Assembly (NCBI GenBank): GCA_964580065.1
Contig: CAZOJE010000001.1
Span: 87,717-151,716, forward strand
Direction of reading: 5' to 3'
Source: an uncultured Candidatus Saccharibacteria bacterium
GTDB taxonomy: Bacteria > Patescibacteriota > UBA1384 > DTJR01
Length of the DNA stretch: 64,000 nt
The notes below the pieces were generated by a model. That model was not told the DNA's origin. It searched no databases and saw only the letters and a program-made list of their open reading frames with translations. Positions 55,089 through 64,000 of the stretch are shown here, piece after piece. The translations under genes were made by a program, and so were the position numbers. How positions within the stretch are numbered: the first letter of the stretch is position 1; each line of letters starts with the position of its first letter.

Positions 55089-56152
55089 TGCAATCTGCCG
55101 AGCGAATGGCGTCTATTTTACAAAGGGCGATAAATTCGAGAGCGAGTGATTTGCACTTGGTTTCTTTGGAAAAACCCGTAATTAGAGTTGATGGTCAGCT
55201 GCAGAAATTAGAAGACGAAAACACCCTGTCAACCGAGGAAGCTCAAGAGCTAATCGCCACAACCCTAAAAGCAGAATACGTTAGCAAACTAAAATCAGAA
55301 AAGGAAGTTGATTTTTCATTCGACTTTGATGGTGCTAGAGTTCGCGCCAATGTTTATTTTGAAGCCGGTCGGGTAGCGGGTTCTTTTAGATTCATTCCGC
55401 AAGAAATAAAATTAATTCCCGAGCTTGGTTTGCCGCCGATAATCCAAGAATTTGGCAATCGAGAGCAGGGTTTGTTGGTGATAACTGGCCCGACTGGCCA
55501 CGGTAAATCGACGACTATCGCCGCTATTATCGAATATATAAATCAAAATTTTGCTAAACACGTTGTCACCATCGAAGATCCGGTAGAATATGTTTTTAAA
55601 AATAAAAAAAGTATTTTGACCCAGCGGGAATTAAGCACTGATACATTGAGTTTTTCACGCGCCCTTAGAAGTGTCTTGCGTGAAGACCCAGACGTTGTTT
55701 TAGTCGGAGAAATGAGAGACGTCGAAACTTTTGAAGCGGCTTTGACCATTGCTGAAACTGGTCATTTGGTTTTGACGACTTTGCACACTAACAGCGCCTC
55801 ACAAACGCCTGACAGAATTATTGATGTTTTTCCTAAAAATCAGCAGTCACAGATTCGTCAGCAGTTGGCCAATGTGCTAGTCGGTGTTGTTTCACAAAGA
55901 CTGATTCAAAAAGCATCGGGGTCGGGCCGAATTGCCGTTTGCGAAATTATGGTGGCTAATCAGGCAATTAGAAGCTTAATCCGCGAGGGCAAAACGCACA
56001 TGATTCAATCTGTTATCCAAACAAGCGCTTCTGAAGGAATGATCACCCTAGATAAAGTTTTAGCCGATTGTGTTTCGAGAGGGGAGATCGCTCTCGAAGA
56101 GGCAATTAAATGGGCCAGCGATATTAAGATGTTCAAACAAATGGTGTTCTAA
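55088..56152 (+). CDS. pilT: Twitching-motility retraction ATPase PilT
   Basis: ~350 aa, Walker A ITGPTGHGKSTT, AIRSLIREGK (PilT signature). Confidence 0.85.
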   Translation: MQSAERMASILQRAINSRASDLHLVSLEKPVIRVDGQLQKLEDENTLSTEEAQELIATTLKAEYVSKLKSEKEVDFSFDFDGARVRANVYFEAGRVAGSFRFIPQEIKLIPELGLPPIIQEFGNREQGLLVITGPTGHGKSTTIAAIIEYINQNFAKHVVTIEDPVEYVFKNKKSILTQRELSTDTLSFSRALRSVLREDPDVVLVGEMRDVETFEAALTIAETGHLVLTTLHTNSASQTPDRIIDVFPKNQQSQIRQQLANVLVGVVSQRLIQKASGSGRIAVCEIMVANQAIRSLIREGKTHMIQSVIQTSASEGMITLDKVLADCVSRGEIALEEAIKWASDIKMFKQMVF

Positions 56153-57222
56153 TGCCTGCCGAAGTAAAAATTAACCTCTTTCAAAGAATCTCAATCAAGG
56201 AAAAATCTCTTTTTACGAGGTCTCTTTCAACGATGATTTCGGCTGGTTTGCCAATTATTCGCGCGCTGACGCTGCTGTCTAAGCAAACAAGCAATCCAAC
56301 ATTAAGCAAGGTGATTAAAGATGTAATCAAGCGGCTTGAAGAAGGGGAGGCGCTTTCAAGTGCTTTTAGCCATCACTCCATAATGTTTGATGAGGTTTAC
56401 CTCGCAAGCTTAAAAGCGGCAGAAGCGTCGGGCAAATTCGAACAGGTTTTGCAAGAACTTTCCGATCAGGAGGAAGCCGACTATAAGCTGAGTTCGTCAA
56501 TGAGGGCGGCGGTTATTTATCCGTTTTTCATCATTTGTGCCATGATTGTGGCGGTGATAATTTTGATGGTTTTGGTTATTCCTAAAATGGAAGAAATTTT
56601 TACGACATCGAATATGGAATTACCTTGGACGACCAAGGCCCTGATTGCAACATCAAATTTCATGATTAATTATTGGTATATTTTAATTTTGGCTGTTGTT
56701 GGTCTGGTTGTTTGGGCAAAATATTATTTTAAATCTAAAAGTGGTCGCGAAGTTTTAGGTCAGATTATTTTGCAAACACCGGGCCTAAACAGCTTTTTCA
56801 TCAGTGCCTACATGACACGTTTTACTCGAACTTTCAGCATGTTAGTTGGTGCCGGCGTGCCAATTATTCAAGCAATAAAATTAGTCGGAAAAGTCATAGA
56901 CAATACTGTTTATGAAAAAATTTTAAACAATGTGGCGAAACAGTTAGAGCGTGGCGTACCAATGTCACAGCCGCTTTTTGACCAAGAGCCAGCTTTTCCG
57001 GCCATTGTGCCGCAAATGATTGCTGTCGGTGAGCAAACCGGTAAAATCGATGAAGTTTTGTTATCTTTGTCGAGATTTTTTCAAGATGAAACCGAGAAAC
57101 GAATTAAATCATTAACCAGCTTATTGGAACCAATTCTTTTGATTATTGTTGGTTTGGGCGTGGGTGTGATTGTCTTTTCAATTCTTATTCCGATTTATCA
57201 AATTTCTGGTAATATCAGTTAA
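56152..57222 (+). CDS. pilC: Type IV pilus platform protein PilC/GspF
   Basis: Duplicated GspF domain, 3 TM. Confidence 0.85.
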   Translation: MPAEVKINLFQRISIKEKSLFTRSLSTMISAGLPIIRALTLLSKQTSNPTLSKVIKDVIKRLEEGEALSSAFSHHSIMFDEVYLASLKAAEASGKFEQVLQELSDQEEADYKLSSSMRAAVIYPFFIICAMIVAVIILMVLVIPKMEEIFTTSNMELPWTTKALIATSNFMINYWYILILAVVGLVVWAKYYFKSKSGREVLGQIILQTPGLNSFFISAYMTRFTRTFSMLVGAGVPIIQAIKLVGKVIDNTVYEKILNNVAKQLERGVPMSQPLFDQEPAFPAIVPQMIAVGEQTGKIDEVLLSLSRFFQDETEKRIKSLTSLLEPILLIIVGLGVGVIVFSILIPIYQISGNIS

Positions 57223-57251
57223 ATATTATTTTTTTAAAAAAAAGGAGGAAA

Positions 57252-57716
57252 GTGAAAAAGAAAGCATTTACATTAGTGGAGTTGCTCATTGTGGTCGTCA
57301 TTATTGGAATTCTGGCAACCTTTGTTGTTTTGGCTTTAAGCAATGCGACAAAGAAAACCAGAGACGCGAGAGCGAAAAGGTCTATCGAATCAGTTAGGGA
57401 TGCCGTGGAACAATACATTGCCGGAACGGATGGTGCCAATCTATCGTCTACCTTCAGCGGAACGATTAGTGATATTAAAGGACAAATGAATACCGATTTA
57501 AAAAGCGGTGGAGCGACCGGTTTCACTACTCAACCAGTTGACTATCAAGGTAACTCGATTAAATTCCGGGCATCGGGGACAGAGGGCTATGAAATTACAG
57601 CCGGAAGTTCAAGGGGAAATAGTGGAAGCTATTGCTGGCGGTATGTAAAAGATTCGTCAACTGGAATTGTCGATGACAATTTATCATCCAGCAATCCGGC
57701 CGGACCATGCTTGTAA
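57252..57716 (+). CDS. Type IV pilin (likely major pilin of cluster 2)
   Basis: MKKKAFTLVELLIVVVIIGILATFVVLAL; strong SD AAGGAGG; C-terminal Cys pair. Confidence 0.8.
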   Translation: MKKKAFTLVELLIVVVIIGILATFVVLALSNATKKTRDARAKRSIESVRDAVEQYIAGTDGANLSSTFSGTISDIKGQMNTDLKSGGATGFTTQPVDYQGNSIKFRASGTEGYEITAGSSRGNSGSYCWRYVKDSSTGIVDDNLSSSNPAGPCL

Positions 57717-58462
57717 TAGTAATTTTGTTTGGGCTTATAGCCGGTTCATTTTTAACGGCAGTACAAAATCGACTCGATCACCTCGGGTCGATTTTGTACG
57801 ACCGGAGCCGTTGTCCTAAATGCAACCACGTTCTTGGTTTTTGGGATTTGTTTCCAATTTTGAGCTATTTATTTTTAGGCGGCCGATGCCGTTGGTGCGG
57901 CAAGAAAATTAGCATTTTGTATCCGCTGACTGAATTAATTACCGTCGGCTTGGCTCTATTTGTTTGGTATTTTTACGGATTAAACTTTTCTACCTTTATT
58001 TTGTTTGCCGCGCTATGGGTTCTTCTGCTGGCAGTAATTTGTGACATTAAAACTCAAGAAGTAGACGATTGGGTGTTTGCTGCGGCGATTGCACTGGTGG
58101 TTATTTGGCGTGGGTTTAACCGTTCAAACGCTGATTTTTTTGACCTTATGCTGGGCGGCGTTATTGCAACAATTTTACCGTTTTGTTTAGCTTTTTTTTC
58201 GCGGGAAAAGTGGATGGGCTACGGTGATAGTTTTTTTGCTTTTTTTCTGGGAGCTTTGTGTGGTTTTCCGGCGGCCACAGTTGGGTTATTTGCCGCATTT
58301 TTGTTAGGCAGCATATTTGGTATAATTGTCTTGATAATAAATGGCAAAAAAGGTTTGAAAATAAGAGTCCCATTTGGCCCTTTTCTGGCGATGGGCAGTT
58401 TGATCGGGCTTATTTGGGGGACGCAAATTTTTGACGCATATTTAAAAATACTGGGTTTTTAA
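57707..58462 (+). CDS. pilD: Prepilin peptidase / N-methyltransferase PilD (A24 family)
   Basis: CPKCNH…CRWCGKK zinc motif, multi-TM, catalytic Asp-containing loops. Confidence 0.85.
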   Translation: MLVIVILFGLIAGSFLTAVQNRLDHLGSILYDRSRCPKCNHVLGFWDLFPILSYLFLGGRCRWCGKKISILYPLTELITVGLALFVWYFYGLNFSTFILFAALWVLLLAVICDIKTQEVDDWVFAAAIALVVIWRGFNRSNADFFDLMLGGVIATILPFCLAFFSREKWMGYGDSFFAFFLGALCGFPAATVGLFAAFLLGSIFGIIVLIINGKKGLKIRVPFGPFLAMGSLIGLIWGTQIFDAYLKILGF

Positions 58463-58470
58463 GGAGGATT

Positions 58471-58998
58471 ATGAAAAGATCAACAAGATCGAAAGCATTT
58501 ACACTCGCCGAATTAATGATTGTCGTAACGGTTATTTTGATTTTAGCGACTTTTGTGGTGTTGAATGTAACGAACGCGCGCAAAAAAGCTATCCTTGATA
58601 AGCAAAAAACAAACGCCAATTTAGTTGCCAACGCCCTTGACCAGTATGCCATTAGCAATGGTCGAAAATTTCCCTTGCCAAGCACAACCGGTACCCTTGT
58701 CTTGGATAAATATTATGTCTTTACTTTGAGCTCTTTGTCGAGCGTGACGGGTTTTAGTGCTCTTATAAACAGCGATAATGTTTTGAACGATGCAGCCATG
58801 CAATATGTCGTTCGGGGCGATCTGAAAAATGCCGCCATCATTGTTAAACCAACTTCTAGCACCGAAAAACTTTCCGACTGTAAGTTTACCGACTCGTCTG
58901 ATGTTCCGACCATAGTTAAGCAATACGTTGATAACAATATTTTAAATGAAGGCGGCGGAGATATAGCAAATTCTCCATGCTATTATGTGGCGAGATAA
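58471..58998 (+). CDS. Pseudopilin / minor pilin
   Basis: …SKAFTLAELMIVVTVILILATFVVLNV. Confidence 0.65.
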   Translation: MKRSTRSKAFTLAELMIVVTVILILATFVVLNVTNARKKAILDKQKTNANLVANALDQYAISNGRKFPLPSTTGTLVLDKYYVFTLSSLSSVTGFSALINSDNVLNDAAMQYVVRGDLKNAAIIVKPTSSTEKLSDCKFTDSSDVPTIVKQYVDNNILNEGGGDIANSPCYYVAR

Positions 58999-59500
58999 GG
59001 ATCGAAAATCTTTCACATTAATTGAATTAGTTGTAACGGTAGGAGTTACATTAATTTTGTTGGCCGTTGGTTATCCACTCATCGGAAAAACATCAAAATT
59101 AGAAAGCTTGGATTCACAGTATGATCGTGTAAAAACACAAATTGAATCGGCCAAAACTTTTGCCCAAAATCCCGAAAGCGTCGAAGCGATTGGCTATGCC
59201 GCCGTTCTTGAGGCCAATCGGGTAGTGATTAAAAAAATTATCGCTGGCGACAGCTTAGCTGATATAGCTGACGGCGAAATGAAATTGCCTTCTGGCACAA
59301 CTCTGACGCTTTTGTCGAGCGGATGTTCTGGTGGGGCGAAGGAGGTCCGTTTTTATTCACCTTCGGGAGAGCAAAGGTGCACCAGTAACACTTCGTCAAA
59401 AAAATTATCTTTTGAACTAGCGAAATCAGGTTTAAAAAAGAATTTTATTGTGGAGGACGGGCAAATTGCCATTAGCTCGGATTCCGGAATTACGCCTTAA
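58985..59500 (+). CDS. Pseudopilin / minor pilin
   Basis: …RKSFTLIELVVTVGVTLILLAVGYPLI. Confidence 0.6.
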   Translation: MWRDKDRKSFTLIELVVTVGVTLILLAVGYPLIGKTSKLESLDSQYDRVKTQIESAKTFAQNPESVEAIGYAAVLEANRVVIKKIIAGDSLADIADGEMKLPSGTTLTLLSSGCSGGAKEVRFYSPSGEQRCTSNTSSKKLSFELAKSGLKKNFIVEDGQIAISSDSGITP

Positions 59501-59501
59501 T

Positions 59502-60047
59502 ATGAAAAAGACACAAAAAAGCTTTGGGTTGATTGAAGCGATTGCCGCCTCGACAATCATCGTTTTGGTTGTGTCTTCGGCTGTGGCCTTAGCTTCTAGC
59601 TCGATGCGCTCGGCTGCTTTGGACCAATCGTATTTAGAAGCAGAAAACATTGCCGAAGAAATTTTAGAGACAATTCAGGAGAAAAAAGCCCAAGGTCAAA
59701 TTTTCTTTGTAAGCTCCGGTACAGTTCAGCCAACGGCCATAAATATTGCCTGTTATGATGTGGCAAAATTAGGCAAAGTAGGGTGTGAAGACGATAAAAC
59801 GGGCATTGATACGAGTGCGTCTCTGGAAAGTAATTATCGCCCATATAAAAGTATGACCATTAATCCGGCCTTTGGCGAAGGATTTTTCTCCTTTAAGATA
59901 GAAACACAAATAAATCCAAACATAGTTAGCGCTGATGTGGCTGATGCTGACAAAACTGCTCTCGTTAAAATTGACATTAAATGGCAAGATTTAGGAGGCG
60001 AAAAACATTATTATGCCCGACAATTATTTACGGATTGGGAAAGATGA
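59502..60047 (+). CDS. Pseudopilin / minor pilin (start at internal Met MKKTQKSFGLIEAI…)
   Basis: Prepilin-type N-terminus; ORF-track start 59448 overlaps upstream gene. Confidence 0.55.
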   Translation: MKKTQKSFGLIEAIAASTIIVLVVSSAVALASSSMRSAALDQSYLEAENIAEEILETIQEKKAQGQIFFVSSGTVQPTAINIACYDVAKLGKVGCEDDKTGIDTSASLESNYRPYKSMTINPAFGEGFFSFKIETQINPNIVSADVADADKTALVKIDIKWQDLGGEKHYYARQLFTDWER

Positions 60048-60763
60048 GAAAAAAAGCTTTTACATTAGTTGAAATTTTAGTTTCCTCGCTAATATTTGTA
60101 ATCGTAGTTAGCGTGGGGGTGAGCTCGTTTGCTTTAATTCGTCGTTCTAACGAAAAAGCTGACGATATGCGTCTTTCAGACCAATGCGTCCGCCAAATTC
60201 GTGATTATGTTTCTGAAAGAGTGCGAGAAACGGCTAAAGATTATGACGGAGCTAAAATAAAAGCGATTATTGCCTCCGGCAATACTTTCTCGTTGGCAGA
60301 AAACAAAAAAACTGATTTTGCCAGTCGTTATCCGAACGGAGTGGCGGGAGTGGCTTTGTTTAAGGCCAATAATGCCTTTGAAGCAATTTATAAAAGAGAT
60401 GGTGTTTATAAAAAAGGCGATTATACGGTTTTGGGTTCGGGCGCTCTAATTAGTTTTTCTAGTAATGATATAAATATTGCTTCTTCCGATTGTGCCGCTT
60501 ACGTCAGCGTGCCAGCCGCTGCATCGGCAGATTTAGACGGATATCAATTCACTTCGCCTTTTAGGGTTTATTATTTGGAACATCAGCCGGATTATGACGG
60601 CACGATCAAAGATAAAATTTATAAAGTTGAAATTGACGATATTATTTTTCGGGCAAATAAAAACAATCAGGAAGGAGTTGAAACGCCCGAAACCAGCTAC
60701 ACCAATCATACTTTTTCTAAATTATCGGTAGATGTGACAAACAGCGCGAGGAAACTATGGTAA
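60044..60763 (+). CDS. Pseudopilin / minor pilin (start at internal Met MRKKAFTLVEIL…)
   Basis: Prepilin-type N-terminus KKAFTLVEILVSSLIFVIVV. Confidence 0.6.
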   Translation: MRKKAFTLVEILVSSLIFVIVVSVGVSSFALIRRSNEKADDMRLSDQCVRQIRDYVSERVRETAKDYDGAKIKAIIASGNTFSLAENKKTDFASRYPNGVAGVALFKANNAFEAIYKRDGVYKKGDYTVLGSGALISFSSNDINIASSDCAAYVSVPAAASADLDGYQFTSPFRVYYLEHQPDYDGTIKDKIYKVEIDDIIFRANKNNQEGVETPETSYTNHTFSKLSVDVTNSARKLW

Positions 60764-61758
60764 AAAAACAAAAATCTTCAGCATTATTAATTGCCATTTT
60801 AATCGGAATTTTGATGAGCGGTTTAGTGATTGGCGTAGCGGCGGTAATGAGCGGACACATTAAATTAGCCGGTCAATCACGCGAAGGTCGTTTGGCTTAT
60901 CGGGCGGCGTTGAGCGGAATCGAAGAGGGGCTGTTAGAGCTAAAATACGCCAAAGCTAATTCGACGCTGTCAAGTTTATACGGTAAGTCGAATAAAGGCG
61001 ATTTAGCAATGGGCGATCCAATTCAGCCCGATCCGGTGAAATATGAGTTAAGCTTTGCCACAACATTTAACAACACTTCTAGCAGTGAGGCCGAATTTGC
61101 ACCTTGGTCGTCAATGTGGCCAACAGACGAGCAAATAGCTAAAGCAAAAAAAGTAAATATTGACGATACGTTGGATATTGATTTGACGGAAGCGACTCAT
61201 CGTGATAGTGCGGTCGGCCAAATAACGATTTATTTTTCGGGTGTTTACGATCACGACGGCACAAAATTAACGAATAATTTTGACGCGCTAAATTATACTC
61301 TGCTTGATCTGTCAAAAAATCAGAACACAGGAACAGAAAAACAGATTGTCAACGGGCAAAACAAAACCAACGGTAGTTCGGTAACCTATAAAATAGATCT
61401 CGATTTGACCTATTGTGCCGACAAAAGCACAGAATGCCATTTGCGAATTAAACCTCAAGCAACACAAATAAATTCTCGAAGTCAGCAAACAAGGAGATTC
61501 GCAGGGGACACGGCGGGGTCGGGGCGCTATGCTTTTATCGCTGTTTCTGCCAAAAATTCAGCCGGAAATATTCTTTATAGCGAAAATCCTGAAGATTTGG
61601 GTGTCATCACCGTAAACTCGATCGGGACAGTCGGTCAGGCCGTGCGAAAATTAACCGCAAAAGTTGATGCTTCTAGCGGAACATATTTGGGGTTGTTTGA
61701 ATTTGGCGTGTACTGTGGTACAAAGTGTACTGGACTAACTCCTGACCAACCAGAATGA
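60757..61758 (+). CDS. PilX-like N-terminally anchored pilus-associated protein
   Basis: TM ALLIAILIGILMSGLVIGVAAV, no G-F cleavage motif; last gene of cluster. Confidence 0.45.
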   Translation: MVKKQKSSALLIAILIGILMSGLVIGVAAVMSGHIKLAGQSREGRLAYRAALSGIEEGLLELKYAKANSTLSSLYGKSNKGDLAMGDPIQPDPVKYELSFATTFNNTSSSEAEFAPWSSMWPTDEQIAKAKKVNIDDTLDIDLTEATHRDSAVGQITIYFSGVYDHDGTKLTNNFDALNYTLLDLSKNQNTGTEKQIVNGQNKTNGSSVTYKIDLDLTYCADKSTECHLRIKPQATQINSRSQQTRRFAGDTAGSGRYAFIAVSAKNSAGNILYSENPEDLGVITVNSIGTVGQAVRKLTAKVDASSGTYLGLFEFGVYCGTKCTGLTPDQPE

Positions 61759-62165
61759 ATGAAATAAAAATTTTTACAGACGGGGGTGCGAGAGGCAATC
61801 CGGGACCGGCGGCGGTTGGGATTGTAATTTTTTCTGACGAGAAAAAAATTGCTCAAATCAAAAAATGTATTGGAACGGCGACCAATAATATTGCCGAATA
61901 TTCCGCCGTATTAGAGGCGCTGGAATATTTAGCGAAGGAAGATTCGGTTAATGAAGCAGAATTTTTTCTTGATTCCGAACTTGTCGTCAAACAACTCAAT
62001 GGTGTTTATAAAGTGAAAGATCCCAAATTAAAGGAACTTTTTTGGCAAATTAAACAAAAAATTTGCGAACTTAAATTGCAAGCTAGTTTCACGCACGTAC
62101 CGCGAGAGCAAAACAAACAAGCCGACGCCTTAGTCAACGAAGCGCTTGACGAAAAGGCCGGTTGA
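61755..62165 (+). CDS. rnhA: Ribonuclease HI
   Basis: IFTDGGARGNPGPAAVGIVI…TNNIAEYSAVLEAL… catalytic DEDD residues. Confidence 0.85.
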   Translation: MNEIKIFTDGGARGNPGPAAVGIVIFSDEKKIAQIKKCIGTATNNIAEYSAVLEALEYLAKEDSVNEAEFFLDSELVVKQLNGVYKVKDPKLKELFWQIKQKICELKLQASFTHVPREQNKQADALVNEALDEKAG

Positions 62166-62181
62166 AAAAAACCGGTTTTTC
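62158..62181 (+). terminator. Rho-independent terminator after rnhA
   Basis: CCGGTT-gaaaaa-AACCGG + TTTTT. Confidence 0.45.
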
Positions 62182-62197
62182 TACTAGGATAATCAGT

Positions 62198-64000
62198 ATG
62201 AGCGAAGAAAAATCTCGCGTTGCTTTATTAGAAGAAGAAACGATTAAATTTTGGCAAGACAATAATATTTTTGCCAAATCAATCCAATCTCGTCCTGACG
62301 ATAACCGTTTTGTTTTTTACGACGGGCCGCCCTTTGCTACCGGCTTACCGCACTATGGTCACATTTTGTCTTCTGTAACAAAAGATATTTTTCCGCGTTA
62401 TCAGACAATGAAGGGTAAGAGGGTCCGCCGCCGCTGGGGCTGGGATTGCCATGGTTTGCCCATTGAAACGTTGGTAGAGAAAAAACTGGGCATCTCCGGC
62501 AAGAAGGAAATCGAAACTAGAGGAGTAGCTGAATTTAATCAAACGGCTCGTTCGATGGTGCTGGAATATGCTGACCAGTGGAAAAAAACAGTCGAAAGAG
62601 TCGGCCGTTGGGTGGAATTTGACAACTCCTATAAAACCATGGACACGGCTTACATGGAAAGCGTTTGGTGGGCGCTAAAAGAATTTTGGAATAAAAAACT
62701 GATTTACGAGGGTAGAAAAGTTTTGATGTATTGTCCGCGATGCGAAACGCCAGTTTCTAATGCTGAAACGGCTATGGACAACAGTTATAAAGACGTGACG
62801 GAAGAATCGGTGGTCGTTAAATTTAAAATTTTGCCAAATCAAAAAATCGGCCAAAAAATTGAAATAACGGGCAATGAATTTATTTTAGCTTGGACGACAA
62901 CGCCCTGGACTTTGCCGGGCAACGTTGCCCTAGCGGTTGGCGAGCAAATCGATTATATTGGCGTTACGACCCAAGGAAGCAAGGGCATATATTTTGTTGC
63001 CAGCGCTTTAGCCGAATCAGTTTTTAAAGATAAGCCGTTTGAAATTATTTATCGAAATTTAAAAGGCAGCGATTTGGCGGGTTTGAATTACGAGCCACTT
63101 TATAAGATCGAAAAAGTCGAGGAAGAGGAAAAAAGGGCATGGTATGTCGCGCCGGCCGATTTTGTTACAACCGAAGACGGTACGGGCATTGTCCACACAG
63201 CCGTAATTTATGGTGAAGATGACTTTAATTTGGGACAAAAAATTGGCTTGCCGCAAGTGCCGCTTTTGGATTCGGCGGGCAAATTTAACGAAGACGCGCC
63301 GGAATTTTTGCAAGGTCGGTATTTTAAAGATGCCGAGCATGAGATTAAACAAGATTTAGAAAGCCGCAATTTACTTTTTTCGCGGGCAAGTTTCACTCAC
63401 TCGTATCCTTTTTGCTGGCGCTGTGACAGTCCGCTCATTTATAACGTCATTTCGGCTTGGTTTATAGATATTCAAAAAAATAAAAAGCGCTTAATCGAGT
63501 TAAATGAAAATATAAATTGGTTTCCGCCATACCTTAAGCACGGTCGTTTTTTGAATATTCTTGAGTCGGCACCGGACTGGAATATTTCACGAAACCGTTA
63601 TTGGGCAACTCCTTTGCCATTTTGGAAATGTGATAAATGCGGCCACGCAGAATGCATCGGCTCAATAGACGAGCTAAAGGAAAAAAGCGTCAATTTCGCC
63701 GAAATTTATGGCGAAAAAAAGACCGAAGAAATCGATCTGCACAAGCCATACATCGATGAAATTGTTTTGCAATGTTCTTGTGGCGAAAAAATGACACGAA
63801 TTCCCGAAGTGATTGATTGTTGGGTTGAATCCGGCTCAATGCCTTTTGCCGAATGGCATTATCCGTTTGAAAATAAGACGGAATTTGAATCAAGATACCC
63901 GGGTGAATTTATCGGCGAATATATTTCGCAAACCAGAGCTTGGTTCTACTATATGCACACTGTCGGATCCTTGCTTTTCAACCAAGAGTGCTATAGCAAT
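62198..64000 (+). CDS. ileS: Isoleucyl-tRNA synthetase, N-terminal part (runs off window; not in ORF track)
   Basis: Open frame to window end; HIGH region …FYDGPPFATGLPHYGHIL…; class-I editing-type aaRS architecture, zinc CxxC pairs. Confidence 0.75.
   Translation, partial: MSEEKSRVALLEEETIKFWQDNNIFAKSIQSRPDDNRFVFYDGPPFATGLPHYGHILSSVTKDIFPRYQTMKGKRVRRRWGWDCHGLPIETLVEKKLGISGKKEIETRGVAEFNQTARSMVLEYADQWKKTVERVGRWVEFDNSYKTMDTAYMESVWWALKEFWNKKLIYEGRKVLMYCPRCETPVSNAETAMDNSYKDVTEESVVVKFKILPNQKIGQKIEITGNEFILAWTTTPWTLPGNVALAVGEQIDYIGVTTQGSKGIYFVASALAESVFKDKPFEIIYRNLKGSDLAGLNYEPLYKIEKVEEEEKRAWYVAPADFVTTEDGTGIVHTAVIYGEDDFNLGQKIGLPQVPLLDSAGKFNEDAPEFLQGRYFKDAEHEIKQDLESRNLLFSRASFTHSYPFCWRCDSPLIYNVISAWFIDIQKNKKRLIELNENINWFPPYLKHGRFLNILESAPDWNISRNRYWATPLPFWKCDKCGHAECIGSIDELKEKSVNFAEIYGEKKTEEIDLHKPYIDEIVLQCSCGEKMTRIPEVIDCWVESGSMPFAEWHYPFENKTEFESRYPGEFIGEYISQTRAWFYYMHTVGSLLFNQECYSN

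Noticed and set aside
59981-60043. ORF-track N-terminal extension 'MARFRRRKTLLCPTIIYGLGK' of the pseudopilin at 59981
   Set aside because: The extension overlaps the preceding gene. The prepilin signal begins at the internal Met (MRKKAFTLVEIL), which is immediately after the upstream stop, so the internal start is preferred. The same logic was applied at 59448→59502 and 18427→18343.

Overview
By eye this window is a low-GC (~35-40%) bacterial segment with Candidate Phyla Radiation/Patescibacteria-like traits: giant surface proteins, many type IV pilus genes, a MurG-MurC fusion, and short replication proteins. This lineage call is an inference, not a database result.

Gene order from the start:
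- A cell-wall/division block on the + strand: murD 3' end, ftsW, murG::murC fusion, murB, ftsQ-like.
- recJ and radA, then a convergent class-A PBP.
- A membrane protein whose N-terminal domain looks like a degenerate PP2C phosphatase, followed by rarA.
- Type IV pilus cluster 1 on the - strand (15.0-21.7 kb): pilin, four pseudopilins, PilC, PilB and a lone response regulator.
- A small, unlisted ORF encoding an acidic peptide with a Cys-cluster (21823..21942).
- DUF45/YgjP-like metallohydrolase, xth, mnmA.
- An 1801-aa NHL-repeat/LamG/FN3 surface protein, then three - strand surface proteins, one carrying dockerin-type Ca-binding repeats.
- A compositional island (~34.8-38.9 kb) abutting the 3' end of a - strand tRNA-Pro(GGG). 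It holds two unrecognisable GC-rich ORFs (about 55-60% GC by eye) with their own rho-independent terminator, a candidate sigma70-like promoter and a 19-bp perfect inverted repeat, plus a 674-aa orphan cytoplasmic protein. This is my top candidate for a novel acquired system such as defence or toxin/immunity.
- M50 protease, rpmB, a holB-like gene, a TPR protein.
- A tRNA-Thr/Tyr/Thr - rpmG - tRNA-Trp block containing a GGTTAG-type heptamer repeat array.
- An arsR - thioredoxin-like - ArsP-like permease operon with a palindromic operator.
- Three large secreted proteins (beta-helix-like, vWA, beta-propeller-like).
- Type IV pilus cluster 2 on the + strand (51.4-61.8 kb): PilN/O-like, PilB, PilT, PilC, pilin, PilD, four pseudopilins and a PilX-like protein.
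- rnhA and the 5' part of ileS.

No CRISPR array, rRNA, transposase or integrase was recognised.
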